A stretch of DNA of 64,000 nt from Acidobacteriota bacterium (GCA_965205505.1 CBDBHB010000009.1:2368001-2432000); one strand, 5' to 3'. Positions 19,898-30,457 are shown, numbered from the stretch's first letter. A program made the numbers and translations. Notes: generated by a model not told the origin, from the letters alone.

Positions 19898-20991
19898 GCG
19901 TGCGCATGCTGGGAAAGGTTGAGAAGGACGCCGACCGCAGCGCAGCAGATCACCATAGAGGAGCCGCCGTAGCTGATCAGAGGCAGTGGAATACCGGTCG
20001 TCGGTAATAGGTTTACCACGATGCTCATATTCACCAGCGCCTGCAAAACCAGATAGCAGGTGAGCCCGGCACCGAGATAGAACCCGAACTTGTCTGGCGC
20101 GCGTAGCGCCGCCCGCAGGCCGCGCCAGAGCACGACCATGAAGGCGAGCACCACGGCCCCTGCCCCCAGCAGGCCGAACTCCTCGGCAACCACAGCGTAG
20201 ATGAAGTCCGTGTAGGGATCCGGGAGAAAGCCACTCTTCTGATGGCCGGCGGCGAAGCCGACGCCGCTCAGGCCTCCGGATCCTACGGCCATCAGCGACT
20301 GCAGCGTCTGGTAGCCGGCGTCCTGAGCGTTAGCCCACGGATCCAGCCACGCCACGATGCGACGCGATTGATAGCCGGTCCGAAGGATCTGTATGGAGGC
20401 GGCGAAGGCCACGGCGACGCCCACGTTGGCGACATATCTCCACGACAAACCGGCCACCCAGAGCATCGTGGCAGCGATGCAGACCACCATCAACGCGGTG
20501 CCGAGGTCGGGCTCGATGACTATCAGGAACACGATCGCAGCCACCACCGTGAGGGGCGGCGTCAGCCCGCGCCAGGGTTCGTTGATGGTCTCGTCCTTAC
20601 GGGATAGGTAGGAGGCAAGGAACACGATCACGGCCAACTTGGCGATCTCTGATGGTTGGGCGTTGAAGGGCCCCAAGGGGATCCACCGATGCGAGCCCCG
20701 AGACTCAGGCATGAACAGAACCAGGACCAAGGCGCCCAGTGTGGCGGCCACGAAGCCGGCGACTACGAGCCGACTGCGATAGATCTTGTAGTCGGTGAGC
20801 AGCCCCGCAACGAGCATTCCGAGCCCAGCGATAACGCCAATCGCCTGCCGCGTCACGAAGTACAGATCGTGACCGTAGGCACGTTGAGAGATCGGGAACG
20901 ATGCGGAGTACACCATGACCAGGCCAAGCCCGATCATGGCGACTACAGCGCAGAACAACGTCTTGTCGACCGCCAACCAGCGGCTCGCCAT
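19894..20991 (-). CDS. ftsW: SEDS peptidoglycan polymerase FtsW
   Basis: QPSEIAK, EPDLGT, TDFIYAVVAEEFG, LPLISYGGSS. Confidence 0.96.
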   Translation of the reverse strand: MASRWLAVDKTLFCAVVAMIGLGLVMVYSASFPISQRAYGHDLYFVTRQAIGVIAGLGMLVAGLLTDYKIYRSRLVVAGFVAATLGALVLVLFMPESRGSHRWIPLGPFNAQPSEIAKLAVIVFLASYLSRKDETINEPWRGLTPPLTVVAAIVFLIVIEPDLGTALMVVCIAATMLWVAGLSWRYVANVGVAVAFAASIQILRTGYQSRRIVAWLDPWANAQDAGYQTLQSLMAVGSGGLSGVGFAAGHQKSGFLPDPYTDFIYAVVAEEFGLLGAGAVVLAFMVVLWRGLRAALRAPDKFGFYLGAGLTCYLVLQALVNMSIVVNLLPTTGIPLPLISYGGSSMVICCAAVGVLLNLSQHAHA

Positions 20992-21022
20992 CGGCCCCTC
21001 TCCCAGATTACCCCTGAGCGCT

Positions 21023-22384
21023 TTATCGCGCCGCGATCAGGGCTTTGAAGTGATGTCCTCGATGTTCGAAACTGTCGTACTGGTCGAAGCTCGTACAGGC
21101 CGGCGCGAGCAACAGCACCTCACCCGCTGATGCGTTCCCCAGGCCGAGGTCAACGGCGTGCTCGATGTCGCCGCACTCGATCATCTTCACGGCGCCGTCC
21201 AGCGCCTGTGCGATGCGTTCCGAAGCCTCGCCCGTGAGCAAGATGCCGCGGACGTTGCCTAGCGCCGGTCGGAGGCGCTCAAATTCGGAATCCTTGTCGC
21301 GACCACCGAGGATCAGCCACACCGGGCTTTCGATCCCCTTGAGCGCCGCTAGCGTGGCGCCCACGTTGGTTGCCTTCGAGTCGTTGATGCAGCGGACGCC
21401 CCTCACGACGCCGCAGGGCTCCATACGGTGCTCGAGACCCTCGAATCGACGCAGTGCCGTGCCCGCGCTTGCCGGGCTCGCGCCGGCGAGGCAGGCCAAC
21501 GCCACGGCTGCTGCCGCATTCAGATGGTTGTGGGTGCCGATGACCGTCAGCTCGTCGGTGTCGACGATGGTGTGCACGACGGCGTCCGGGTCGCGCCATT
21601 GAATGCGTCCGCCCGTCACCCATGCCCCACTGTTGCTCGTCGTTGCTGTGGCGCCGAACGGTACGGGCCGGGGGCTGGATGGCAGATGGCGCGCCAGCCA
21701 GGGATCGTCGGCACCGTAGACGAGCCAGTCGTCGCTCGTACAGTTAGCCACCAGTCGTAGCTTGGCCTGGGCGTAGGATTCGAAGTCGCCGTGGCGGTCG
21801 AGGTGGTCGGCGCTGATGTTGAGCAGCCCCGCCCAGCGGGGCCGGAAATCAACAATCGTCTCAGTCTGGAATGACGACAGCTCCAGAACATAGCGCTCCA
21901 CGTGCCGCTCACCCTGGAGTACCTGCCGTACGACCCGTGAGAACGGCACGCCGATGTTGCCGCAGACCGCGGTGGCCAGGTTGCTCTCGGTCAGAATGGC
22001 TCCGACCATGCTGGTGACGGTACTCTTGCCGTTGGATCCGCTAATGGCCACGGCCGGGGCCTCGGCATATGAGCTTGCTAGCTCGACCTCGCTGACCGGC
22101 GTGATTCCCTCGGCGCGGGCGGCGCGCAACGGCGGTGCTTGCGGGTGGATCCCAGGCGAGGCCACCACGACGTCTGCATCGCGCCAAAGAGCCTCCGGGT
22201 GACTGCCGAGCGCCAGCTCGACGCCGTGTCGCTCGAGCTCGGTGGCGTCGGTCAGCTCCGACCCCGCGCGCAAGTCGGTCAGCGCCACGCGCGCTCCCAG
22301 GTAGACGAGTAATTCAGTCGCCGCTACGCCGCTGCGTCCAGCGCCGACGACGATGACCTTCTTGCCTGCCCAGGAGCCGGTCAT
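21023..22384 (-). CDS. murD: UDP-MurNAc-L-Ala--D-Glu ligase
   Basis: GAGRSG, GSNGKST, ELSSFQ, DHLDRH, NDSKATN; start overlaps the mraY stop (ATGA). Confidence 0.96.
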   Translation of the reverse strand: MTGSWAGKKVIVVGAGRSGVAATELLVYLGARVALTDLRAGSELTDATELERHGVELALGSHPEALWRDADVVVASPGIHPQAPPLRAARAEGITPVSEVELASSYAEAPAVAISGSNGKSTVTSMVGAILTESNLATAVCGNIGVPFSRVVRQVLQGERHVERYVLELSSFQTETIVDFRPRWAGLLNISADHLDRHGDFESYAQAKLRLVANCTSDDWLVYGADDPWLARHLPSSPRPVPFGATATTSNSGAWVTGGRIQWRDPDAVVHTIVDTDELTVIGTHNHLNAAAAVALACLAGASPASAGTALRRFEGLEHRMEPCGVVRGVRCINDSKATNVGATLAALKGIESPVWLILGGRDKDSEFERLRPALGNVRGILLTGEASERIAQALDGAVKMIECGDIEHAVDLGLGNASAGEVLLLAPACTSFDQYDSFEHRGHHFKALIAAR

Positions 22385-23466
22385 CGTAGCTTCAGCGTGG
22401 CCAATGACATCAGCGCGAAGAGCACCGCTAGGATCCAGAAGCGGACTACCACTTGTGGCTCCGACCATCCCGCGAGCTCGAAGTGATGGTGTAGCGGAGC
22501 CATGCGGAACACACGGCGTCCGGTGAGCCGAAATGAGACGACCTGGATCATCACCGACAGCGTCTCGAGTACGAAAACGCCACCGACCAGCACGAGCACC
22601 AGTTCCTGTTTGATCAGCAGGGCGATGATGCCAACAGCGCCGCCAAGGGCAAGCGAGCCGGTGTCGCCCATGAAGATCTGTGCCGGGTGGCAGTTGTACC
22701 AGAGGAAGCCGAGGCAGGCTCCGAATATCGCGGCAGCGAAGATCGTTATCTCGGCTATGTCGCCGACGAAGATGATGTCGAGGTACTCGGCGATGATCGC
22801 GTGGCCCGCGATGTATGCGAGCGCCGTATAGGCAACCGCCGCCACCATCACGCAGCCCGTGGCCAGGCCGTCGAGGCCATCGGTAAGGTTCACCGCATTG
22901 CTCGAAGCTAGCAGCACAAGCACGGCGAAAGGTACGTAGAGTGCGCCCAGGTGCGGGCTGACCTCCTTGAGGAACGGCACCGATAGCTGGGTGGTAAACG
23001 AGCCTTGTTGAGCCAGCGTCCACAGGATCAAGCCGACCGCGCCGGACAGCGCGATTATCATCGCCATCTTGGACCGTGCCGAGAGGCCGCGCCGGCGTGC
23101 ATGAACGGCGCCGAGGTAGTCGTCCAGAAACCCTATCGCGGCGAATCCGAGCATTCCGGTCAGCGCGATCCAGACGAACGCGTTGCGCAGGTCCGCCCAC
23201 AGGAGCGTAGAGACACCGACTGCGCTGACGATGAGCGTTCCGCCCATGGTCGGTGTGCCGCGTTTCCTGGCGTGCGACGCAGGCCCGTCGGTACGGATCT
23301 GCTCTTCGACTTGAGCGGCGAGCAGGCGGCGGATCATCCACGGCCCGAGCGCCAGCGTCGCCAGCAGCGCCGATGCGGCGGTGAGCGCGGCGCGGAACGT
23401 GAGATAGCGGAAGACGTTGAAGGGGCCCCAGTAGTCAGCCAGCGGAACCAGCAACTCGTACAGCAT
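22381..23466 (-). CDS. mraY: Phospho-N-acetylmuramoyl-pentapeptide transferase
   Basis: GTPTMGG, NAVNLTDGLDGLA, FMGDTGS, MAPLHHHFE; start MLYELL. Confidence 0.97.
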   Translation of the reverse strand: MLYELLVPLADYWGPFNVFRYLTFRAALTAASALLATLALGPWMIRRLLAAQVEEQIRTDGPASHARKRGTPTMGGTLIVSAVGVSTLLWADLRNAFVWIALTGMLGFAAIGFLDDYLGAVHARRRGLSARSKMAMIIALSGAVGLILWTLAQQGSFTTQLSVPFLKEVSPHLGALYVPFAVLVLLASSNAVNLTDGLDGLATGCVMVAAVAYTALAYIAGHAIIAEYLDIIFVGDIAEITIFAAAIFGACLGFLWYNCHPAQIFMGDTGSLALGGAVGIIALLIKQELVLVLVGGVFVLETLSVMIQVVSFRLTGRRVFRMAPLHHHFELAGWSEPQVVVRFWILAVLFALMSLATLKLR

Positions 23467-23521
23467 CAGCTTCCTGGGTTGAAGACGGGAGTCCATGGGC
23501 GACGACGCGGGGCTGACGTCA

Positions 23522-24949
23522 TCATGCGGAAACTCCATTGTCGTCGGTGGCCCTTAGCAGGGTGTGCACGATGCGCTCCATGCGAATACCGCGCGACCCC
23601 TTGACCAACACGGTGTCTCCGGGACGAACGATCGCTACGATCGCCTCCGCCGCCTCGTCGGAAACGCTGAAGGCAGTGATCGCTTCCGCAGCCATGCCGC
23701 CGGCGCGCGCACCGTGGCCGATGTCGCGCGCCAACGCACCGACCGTAACGATGCGGTCGACGTCGAGATGGGCCGCGTGCAGACCAACTTCGCGGTGTGC
23801 GTCCTCGGCCCAACTTCCGAGCTCGAGCATGTCGCCGACCGCCAGGATCTTTCGGCCTGTTCCGGCGGTTCCGGCCAGCGTCTCCAATGCCGTCAGCATG
23901 GCGGCCGGCGAGGCGTTGTAGCTGTCGTCGATCACCACGACGCCGCCGTCCGTCCGGTGTACCTGCCCGCGCATCGCTGGCAGCGTAAGGTGCCGGGCGC
24001 GAGCCGCGATCGTGGTCGCGTCGATGCCCAGCGCGTGCGCTACAGCTGCTGCCGCAAGGAAGTTGGAGATCGAGTGCTCTCCGGGCAGCGGCAGCTGCAC
24101 GAGTGCGGTATCGGATGGGCTGCATCGGAGCTCGAAGTGCCAGGTCGCCGCTACGGATTCCACATGGCGAGCTGATATCTCGGCGTCGTGTCGCACACCG
24201 TAGCGGATCGTGCGCTCGGCGCGCTGCTGCCTCGCCGTCCCCATGGCCGCCGTGTGTACATCGTCGGCGTTGACGATCAGCGTGCCACCGGACGGGAGCT
24301 CATCGGCGAGCTCTTGCTTCGCAGCTGCCACTCCCGCGAGGTCGTCGAAGTTCTCCATGTGAACCGGTGCAACGTTGGTAATTACCCCGATGCTCGGCCG
24401 CGCCAGACGAGTCAGCGCGGCGATCTCACCCGCCGTGCTCATCCCGAGCTCAGCCACCATCCAGCGGTGATCCGGGCACAGGCCGAGCAGCGAAAGCGGA
24501 AGGCCCCACTGGTTGTTGAAGTTGCCAGGTGTAGCGTGCGTCGATTCCGTCTCCTTCAACAACGCGTGGGTCAATGCCTTGGTCGTAGTCTTGCCGACGC
24601 TGCCGGTGATTGCGACAACGGTCGGCGCCACCACGTTGCGGACGTGTCCGGCGAGCCGCTGAAGCGCCGCCGTAGTGTCTTCGACGCGAACGATGCCGGC
24701 GTCGTGAGGATTGACTAGGTGATCCAGCACGTCACGCCGCGAGATAATCACCGCGACAGCTCCCGACGCGAGTGCCTGAGGTAGGTAGCGGTGCCCATCA
24801 TCGTGTGGGCCGACGATCGCGACGAACGCATCGCCGCGCCGCACGTTGCGCGAGTCGATCACCACTCGGTCGATCTCGCCGCTCGCACTGCCGCTCTGGA
24901 TGCCGCAGCCCAGAACATCAGCCAGCTTGGCGACGGTCATCGAGATCAT
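23522..24949 (-). CDS. murF: UDP-MurNAc-tripeptide--D-Ala-D-Ala ligase
   Basis: TGSVGKTTTK, NFNN..G.P, DSYNASP, KGSRG. Confidence 0.96.
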   Translation of the reverse strand: MISMTVAKLADVLGCGIQSGSASGEIDRVVIDSRNVRRGDAFVAIVGPHDDGHRYLPQALASGAVAVIISRRDVLDHLVNPHDAGIVRVEDTTAALQRLAGHVRNVVAPTVVAITGSVGKTTTKALTHALLKETESTHATPGNFNNQWGLPLSLLGLCPDHRWMVAELGMSTAGEIAALTRLARPSIGVITNVAPVHMENFDDLAGVAAAKQELADELPSGGTLIVNADDVHTAAMGTARQQRAERTIRYGVRHDAEISARHVESVAATWHFELRCSPSDTALVQLPLPGEHSISNFLAAAAVAHALGIDATTIAARARHLTLPAMRGQVHRTDGGVVVIDDSYNASPAAMLTALETLAGTAGTGRKILAVGDMLELGSWAEDAHREVGLHAAHLDVDRIVTVGALARDIGHGARAGGMAAEAITAFSVSDEAAEAIVAIVRPGDTVLVKGSRGIRMERIVHTLLRATDDNGVSA

Positions 24950-26454
24950 CTCGAGATCTCCGCACCGCGCCGGGCGAGGGAAGCAGCGGCCACCTCGGTG
25001 TCGTCGAAGGGAACCGTCCGGTCGCGGAAGATCTGCTGCGTCTCATGGCCCTTGCCGGCAATGAGAACGCAATCCCCTGACGCTGCCATGGCCAGCGCTA
25101 GTTCGATGGCGGCAGCGCGGTCGGCCTCGACGAGAATGTCCGCACGAGGGTTCGAAACGATACCGGCAACAATCTCGTCGATGATCGTCTGCGGGTCCTC
25201 GCTTCGTGGGTTGTCCGATGTCACCACCACCACGCCCGCCCCGGCGGCGGCGATACCGCCCATGAGGGGCCGCTTCGTACGGTCGCGATCACCGCCGCAA
25301 CCGAAGACAACGATGACCCGCCCCTTATCGATAATGCTGCGTGCTGCTTCCAACGCCGCGTGAAGGGCGCCCGGCGTGTGAGCGAAATCGACCAGCACCT
25401 GAAACGGTTGGCCAGCGTCGATCGCCTGTAGGCGGCCAGGCTCACCGCTGAACCCGGACACTGCCTGGCGCACCTCGTCGAGCGAGAAACCGAGCTCCAT
25501 CGCCGTTGCTGCGGCCGCGACTACATTCTCGGCGTTCGCTCTACCGAATAGCGGAGTGTCGATGCAGCCCTCGGATGTCGGCGTCGTTAGACATAGCCTC
25601 GAGCCGCCGGGACCCGAGTCGAAGCGGTCGAGGCAGTAATCTGGAGGCGCGCCGGCGCCTCCGGCCCAGCCGTAGGTCACCGTGCGTCCGCTGACACGCT
25701 CGGCGAGGCGTGGGGTAACGGGGTCGGAAGCGTTCAGAACTGCCGGCGCGTCCGACGGCAAGGCCTCGAACAATGTCGCCTTGGCGTCGAGGTAGTCGTC
25801 CATGTTCCGATGGAAGTCGAGGTGGTCCTGTGACAGGTTGGTGAAGGTGGCGGCAGCGAAACGGGTGCCGGTAACGCGATCAAGCCGCAAGGCGTGCGAG
25901 GAGACCTCGATGACGGCGGCCCGACACCCGGCATCGAGCATGCGTGCCATCGCCGCCTGCAGCTCCGGCGCCTCTGGAGTGGTACGAGGTGTCGGGGAGG
26001 AGTCTCCGGCAATCCGCACCTGGGTCGTGCTCCAGCGGCCAACCGGGGCGCGGCCAGCGAGGATGGCTTCGAGAAGAGCGGTTACCGTCGTCTTCCCGTT
26101 CGTGCCGGTTACACCCACCACCATCAGACGTTCGCTCGGGTTACCGTGCCAACGGCACGCGAGTGCGGCGAGAACGCGGCGTGTCGAGCGCACCTGCGCC
26201 CAAGTACCGGCGAGTGCGCGGTCCCCGAGGCTCGATCGGGAGCGTTCGGCCACAATCGCCACAGCGCCGCGTCGGAGGGCATCAGGAGCGAATTCGAGCC
26301 CATCGTGTACGAAGCCCGGGATGGCCACGAACACGTCGCCCGGGCCGACGCGTCGCGAGTCGTAAGCGATCCCCGATACTTCGATCGTCGGGTCGCCCAC
26401 GAACCTCGCCTCGCAGCCGGCCAAGAGCTCATCGAGCCTCAGCTGTTGCCCCAT
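24946..26454 (-). CDS. murE: UDP-MurNAc-dipeptide--meso-DAP ligase
   Basis: TGTNGKTT, EVSSHAL, DFAHTP, GCGGDRD, DNPR (DAP-type motif), AGKGHE; start uncertain (26454 or 26523). Confidence 0.95.
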   Translation of the reverse strand: MGQQLRLDELLAGCEARFVGDPTIEVSGIAYDSRRVGPGDVFVAIPGFVHDGLEFAPDALRRGAVAIVAERSRSSLGDRALAGTWAQVRSTRRVLAALACRWHGNPSERLMVVGVTGTNGKTTVTALLEAILAGRAPVGRWSTTQVRIAGDSSPTPRTTPEAPELQAAMARMLDAGCRAAVIEVSSHALRLDRVTGTRFAAATFTNLSQDHLDFHRNMDDYLDAKATLFEALPSDAPAVLNASDPVTPRLAERVSGRTVTYGWAGGAGAPPDYCLDRFDSGPGGSRLCLTTPTSEGCIDTPLFGRANAENVVAAAATAMELGFSLDEVRQAVSGFSGEPGRLQAIDAGQPFQVLVDFAHTPGALHAALEAARSIIDKGRVIVVFGCGGDRDRTKRPLMGGIAAAGAGVVVVTSDNPRSEDPQTIIDEIVAGIVSNPRADILVEADRAAAIELALAMAASGDCVLIAGKGHETQQIFRDRTVPFDDTEVAAASLARRGAEISR

Positions 26455-26568
26455 TCCCTCGGTCGTGCTATTCGTCTCGAGGGCCACAAGGCCCCCCAAT
26501 GTGTGCCGCCTCGGCAACGACAAGAAGCCGTCGCGAAGACGGCCCCAACTCCAACCGCCAGCCCGCCG

Positions 26569-28410
26569 CTACGGGACCGGTGAAATCGATCCGAGCCCTG
26601 TGTTCGAGGCCAGTTCCGGGCCATCGGTTACCCATTTCTCGGGTACCGAGAAATCCTCGGGCGCAATCCGGAAGATCCGCGTCGCTGCATCGGCTACGGC
26701 ACGGAACGCCGGAGCGGCGGCTTGTGATCCGCCGTGGCCGTAGCCGCGCGTCGGCTCGTCGATCACCACCAGGATCAGCAACCGCGGGTCGGCGGCAGGT
26801 AAAAACCCGGCGAAAGCGGCTACATACTTCGAAAACCGACGTGTCGACGGGTCGAATTTCTCCGCCGTCGAGGTCTTGCCGGCGATTCGGTAGCCGGGGA
26901 TCCCCGCGGGCTTTCCGGTTCCGTCCGAAACCACCCGTTCCATCACCAGTGCCACACGACGTGCGATCGATTGCTTGAGCACCCTGCGCCGCACCTGCGG
27001 CTGACCCAGCTTGATCTTACCGTGTGCACGCTCGATTTCGGTGAGCGCGTTGCCATCCCGGTCGCGGACTTGCTCGACGAGGTAGGGACGCAGAAGCAAG
27101 CCACCGTTGGCGATGGCGGCGATGGCGGTGGTCAGCTGGATGGGTGTAGTCGAGAGCTCCTGCCCGAAAGCCATCGACGACTGTGACAGCTTCGACCAAT
27201 CTTTAGGCGCGCGGACGCGGCCGGGCTCTTCGTTCGGTAGATCGACACCGGTGCGGCCCCCGAATCCGAAGTCACGGATCCACGAATAGTAAGTTTGCGG
27301 CGCCAGCCGTTGGCAAACTTTGATGATGCCGACGTTGCTGGAGTAGGCGAGCACGTCTCGAAAGGGCATTATGCCGAAGCCCGGCTTCCAATCGTGGTAC
27401 GTGTTGTTGGCGACGCGATATGTGCCACCCTCGCAATCGATCGGCTCGTCTTCATCCACCACGCCCTCGTGCAACGCCGCCGCCGCAGTGATCATCTTGA
27501 AAATCGAGCCCGGTTCGAAGGTGAACGAGATGCCGTTGTTGCGCGCGTGGGCCAGGAAAGCAGGGTGGTTGTTGTCGTTGAGGTTGAGCGTCGGGAAGCT
27601 GGCCATGGCGCGGACGGCGCCCGTACTCGGATCCATCGCGACGATGCTGCCCCCAACCGCGTGCTTGTCGAGCACGGCACGTCGAAGCGCTTCCTCCGCG
27701 GCGTACTGCAGCCCCCAATCGATGGTGAGCACCAGATCGTGACCGCGCGTCGGATTCTCCATGAGGGCGCCCCTCGTGCCGATGACGTTGCGCCAGCCGT
27801 CACGTAGGCTATTGAAGGCGCCGGGCTGCCCCGCGATGAGATCGTCGTAGTAGCGCTCGATGCCGAATCGGCCGGCGTTGTCGATGTCCACGGCGCCGAT
27901 CAAGTGCGCGGCGAGTGAACGGTGAGGGTAGTAGCGCCTCGACTCGGGCAGCACCCCGATACCTCGCAGATGCTCCCGCCTGACGATCCGTGATACCTCG
28001 GCAGTCGTTTCCGGGCGAGCCTTGCGTTGCAGGTAGACGAACGGCCGCTGGCGCGAAAGCGCTTCCTCGACCGCTTCTACCGGTAACTTCAGAGCTGGTG
28101 CCAGTAGCTTGGCGGTCGCCGAGGTGTCGGCAATCTTCGGCGGCTGGGCGTAGATCGAGCCCAGCTGGATGCTGGTTGCCAATGTCTCGCCACCGCGAGC
28201 GAAGATGTCACCCCGCCTCCCAGCCAGCTCGATGACCCTTGTTTGCTGGCTCGCCGCGCGCTCGACCAACGCATCGTGGAGGTAGAGCTGTAGGTAGCTC
28301 AGCCGCGCAAGCAGCACGAGTCCCCAGACCGAGGCCATGGCCAGCAGCAGCATGGCACGGCCGCGCTGGGTATCGTGGGAGTGGTTGCGTCCGAGGCTAC
28401 GGATGACCAT
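26569..28410 (-). CDS. ftsI: Class B penicillin-binding protein FtsI
   Basis: N-terminal TM segment, RGDI..R, EPGSIFK (SxxK), SSN, KTS; start may be 28446. Confidence 0.93.
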   Translation of the reverse strand: MVIRSLGRNHSHDTQRGRAMLLLAMASVWGLVLLARLSYLQLYLHDALVERAASQQTRVIELAGRRGDIFARGGETLATSIQLGSIYAQPPKIADTSATAKLLAPALKLPVEAVEEALSRQRPFVYLQRKARPETTAEVSRIVRREHLRGIGVLPESRRYYPHRSLAAHLIGAVDIDNAGRFGIERYYDDLIAGQPGAFNSLRDGWRNVIGTRGALMENPTRGHDLVLTIDWGLQYAAEEALRRAVLDKHAVGGSIVAMDPSTGAVRAMASFPTLNLNDNNHPAFLAHARNNGISFTFEPGSIFKMITAAAALHEGVVDEDEPIDCEGGTYRVANNTYHDWKPGFGIMPFRDVLAYSSNVGIIKVCQRLAPQTYYSWIRDFGFGGRTGVDLPNEEPGRVRAPKDWSKLSQSSMAFGQELSTTPIQLTTAIAAIANGGLLLRPYLVEQVRDRDGNALTEIERAHGKIKLGQPQVRRRVLKQSIARRVALVMERVVSDGTGKPAGIPGYRIAGKTSTAEKFDPSTRRFSKYVAAFAGFLPAADPRLLILVVIDEPTRGYGHGGSQAAAPAFRAVADAATRIFRIAPEDFSVPEKWVTDGPELASNTGLGSISPVP

Positions 28411-28783
28411 CGGTCGCCACCGTCGCGATGTTTCCGCTGCCCCCATCGTCGCCGTAGACGCGAGGCAGATGCTCTACCTGGCTATCTTCAGGGTCTCGGA
28501 GGCCGGCAATGGTGCGCGCTTTTTGCTCCAACACGCGCGGATCGAGCTCGGTCTGTAGCTCCAACTCGAGCAACTTGCGCTCTTGCCGCAATTGCAGCAA
28601 GGTAGCCTCGAGGTCGCCTGTCTGCCGTCGAGATTCGCGCACATCGGCGCGCTGGGAAGCGTAGAGGAATGCCGGTATGGTCAGCAGCAGGATGCCGGCG
28701 AAGGCCTGTCCGAGGTCGCTGAAACGGTTCGGCTCACGCGCCTTGATCAGAGGTCGGTTCGCGATGCGGGACAAGTCGCTCAC
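28397..28783 (-). CDS. ftsL: Cell division protein FtsL-like
   Basis: One TM segment followed by leucine heptads; lies between rsmH and ftsI. Confidence 0.75.
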   Translation of the reverse strand: MSDLSRIANRPLIKAREPNRFSDLGQAFAGILLLTIPAFLYASQRADVRESRRQTGDLEATLLQLRQERKLLELELQTELDPRVLEQKARTIAGLRDPEDSQVEHLPRVYGDDGGSGNIATVATDGHP

Positions 28784-28804
28784 TCCGTCGCCGGAGGGCT
28801 GCCG

Positions 28805-28928
28805 GGAGAGTCGGGGGTCTGTGGCTCCAATGGCCTGGGGCGAAAGCTAGCCAGGGTTGTAAAGGGAGGCATTTTTTACAACACATGGGTTACTAGCTGG
28901 CCATGGAGCCACAGATCCCCGACTCTCC
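28805..28928. repeat. 124-bp nested inverted repeat between rsmH and ftsL
   Basis: GGAGAGTCGGGGGTCTGTGGCTCCA (28805-28829) versus TGGAGCCACAGATCCCCGACTCTCC (28904-28928), 24/25 complementary; inner AGCTAG/CTAGCT and GTTGTAAA/TTTACAAC arms. Confidence 0.9.
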
Positions 28929-28942
28929 GCGATCCTTCCTCC

Positions 28943-29968
28943 TTAGATCCGTTCCAGCACGCGCATCTTGGCGCTGCGCGCACGTCGGTTCGAGGCGACC
29001 TCGTCCTCACCAGCCGTTAGCGGTCGCGAGGTCAGAATCTTGACTTCGGAGCGCTTGTCGCAGAGGCACTGCGGCAGCTCCGGCGGGCACTCACAGTCGC
29101 TGGCCAGGTGCTTGAACGCACGCTTGATGGCGCGGTCCTCCAGCGAATGAAATGCCAGAACAATCAGTCGGCCGCCTGGGACGAGTAGCCGGCTTGCTCC
29201 AACGACAAACTCTTGCAGCCCACCAAGCTCGTCGTTTATGGCGATCCGCAGGGCCTGAAAAGTGCGCGTAGCCGGATGAATCCGTCGTGGCCCGCGCTGG
29301 GGTACCGCGGCGTCGATGATCTCGGCAAGACGCGTCGTCGTGGTGATCGGCCCGATCTCCCGGGCCTTCACGATGGCGCGGGCGATGCGCGATGCGTGGG
29401 TCTCTTCACCGTAGTCGCGGATCAGTGAGCGCAGCTCATCACCGGAGAGTCGATTGACTACGTCGGCCGCTGTGCGCTGCTGCCGCCGATCCATACGCAT
29501 GTCGAGCGGTCCCTCGAGCCGGAACGAGAAGCCGCGCTCGGCCGTATCGAGCTGCAACGACGAGGCCCCCAGATCGATGAGGATTGCTGAGATGGGCGCC
29601 CAGCCCCGAGCGCTGCTCATTTCAGCAAGAGCGCGATAGTCGGCGCGGCACAGCTCGTATCTCCCAGACCAGCGCGCCAGGCGGAGATCGGCCAGCTCGA
29701 GAGCATCAGAGTCGCGATCGATACCGATCAGATGAACGTCGTCGCGCGCCTCCAGCAAGGCGTCCGCGTGGCCGGCGAGCCCCAGCGTGCCGTCAACCAT
29801 CGTCCCGCTAGGTGCGGCACGCAGATACTCGACTACCTCATCGCGCATCACCGGTGTGTGTACATCGGCGGCATTGCGTGAACGCCGCGCGCGCTGCGTC
29901 AGGTCGTGTCCCGGCGGCACTAATGTAGCCAGGTTGAGCGGGATGCTGCGACTCATGACCATGGTCAT
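28943..29968 (-). CDS. rsmH: 16S rRNA m4C1402 methyltransferase
   Basis: HTPVM, DGTLGLAGH, RGFSF..GPLDMRMD, HPATRTFQALRI, FHSLEDR, RSAK; start uncertain. Confidence 0.96.
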   Translation of the reverse strand: MTMVMSRSIPLNLATLVPPGHDLTQRARRSRNAADVHTPVMRDEVVEYLRAAPSGTMVDGTLGLAGHADALLEARDDVHLIGIDRDSDALELADLRLARWSGRYELCRADYRALAEMSSARGWAPISAILIDLGASSLQLDTAERGFSFRLEGPLDMRMDRRQQRTAADVVNRLSGDELRSLIRDYGEETHASRIARAIVKAREIGPITTTTRLAEIIDAAVPQRGPRRIHPATRTFQALRIAINDELGGLQEFVVGASRLLVPGGRLIVLAFHSLEDRAIKRAFKHLASDCECPPELPQCLCDKRSEVKILTSRPLTAGEDEVASNRRARSAKMRVLERI

Positions 29969-30405
29969 ACCCCCATGTCCGCGAGGATCTGCAGGTCGTC
30001 GATCGTGAGCGGGCTGTCATCCAGCCGCTTTCGGAAGGCCGCGTGGTTCCAGATCTCGAGATGGGTCAGTTGGCCCATCACTACTACCTCGCCGTTGACG
30101 GCGGAGGCATCGCGCAGGAGCGGCGGCACCAGAACGCGGCCCTGCCGGTCCATCGAGGCCAGCGCACCGTAGTAGTTGACCCGCGACAGGAGTTTCTGAC
30201 GGGAGGGGTTCATGCTCGGGATAGCCTGCAAGCGTTCTTCCACGCGGCCCCATTCCGGCAATGGATAGGCAAGAACGTTTTCCCCGGTGAAGCTGGTGAG
30301 GAAGAAGTCGTCACCGTAGGTCTCCCGGATCACGTTGCGAAAAGCGGTCGGTATCTTGATGCGGTGCTTCGCATCCACCGTTGCTGGATGATTCCCCCTG
30401 AGCAT
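29965..30405 (-). CDS. mraZ: Transcriptional regulator MraZ
   Basis: DAKHRIKIP and DRQGRVLVP SpoVT-AbrB repeats; first gene of the dcw cluster. Confidence 0.95.
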   Translation of the reverse strand: MLRGNHPATVDAKHRIKIPTAFRNVIRETYGDDFFLTSFTGENVLAYPLPEWGRVEERLQAIPSMNPSRQKLLSRVNYYGALASMDRQGRVLVPPLLRDASAVNGEVVVMGQLTHLEIWNHAAFRKRLDDSPLTIDDLQILADMGV

Positions 30406-30457
30406 CCGACACCGAGCCTCGAATCAAGGCGATTCCGCTTGTTTTGGGGTTTGAGTA

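Noticed and set aside
17235-23341. Apparent 773-aa MurC and 772-aa MurD fusions
   Set aside because: The extensions are stop-free alternative frames over murG and mraY; family N-termini begin at 18671 and 22384
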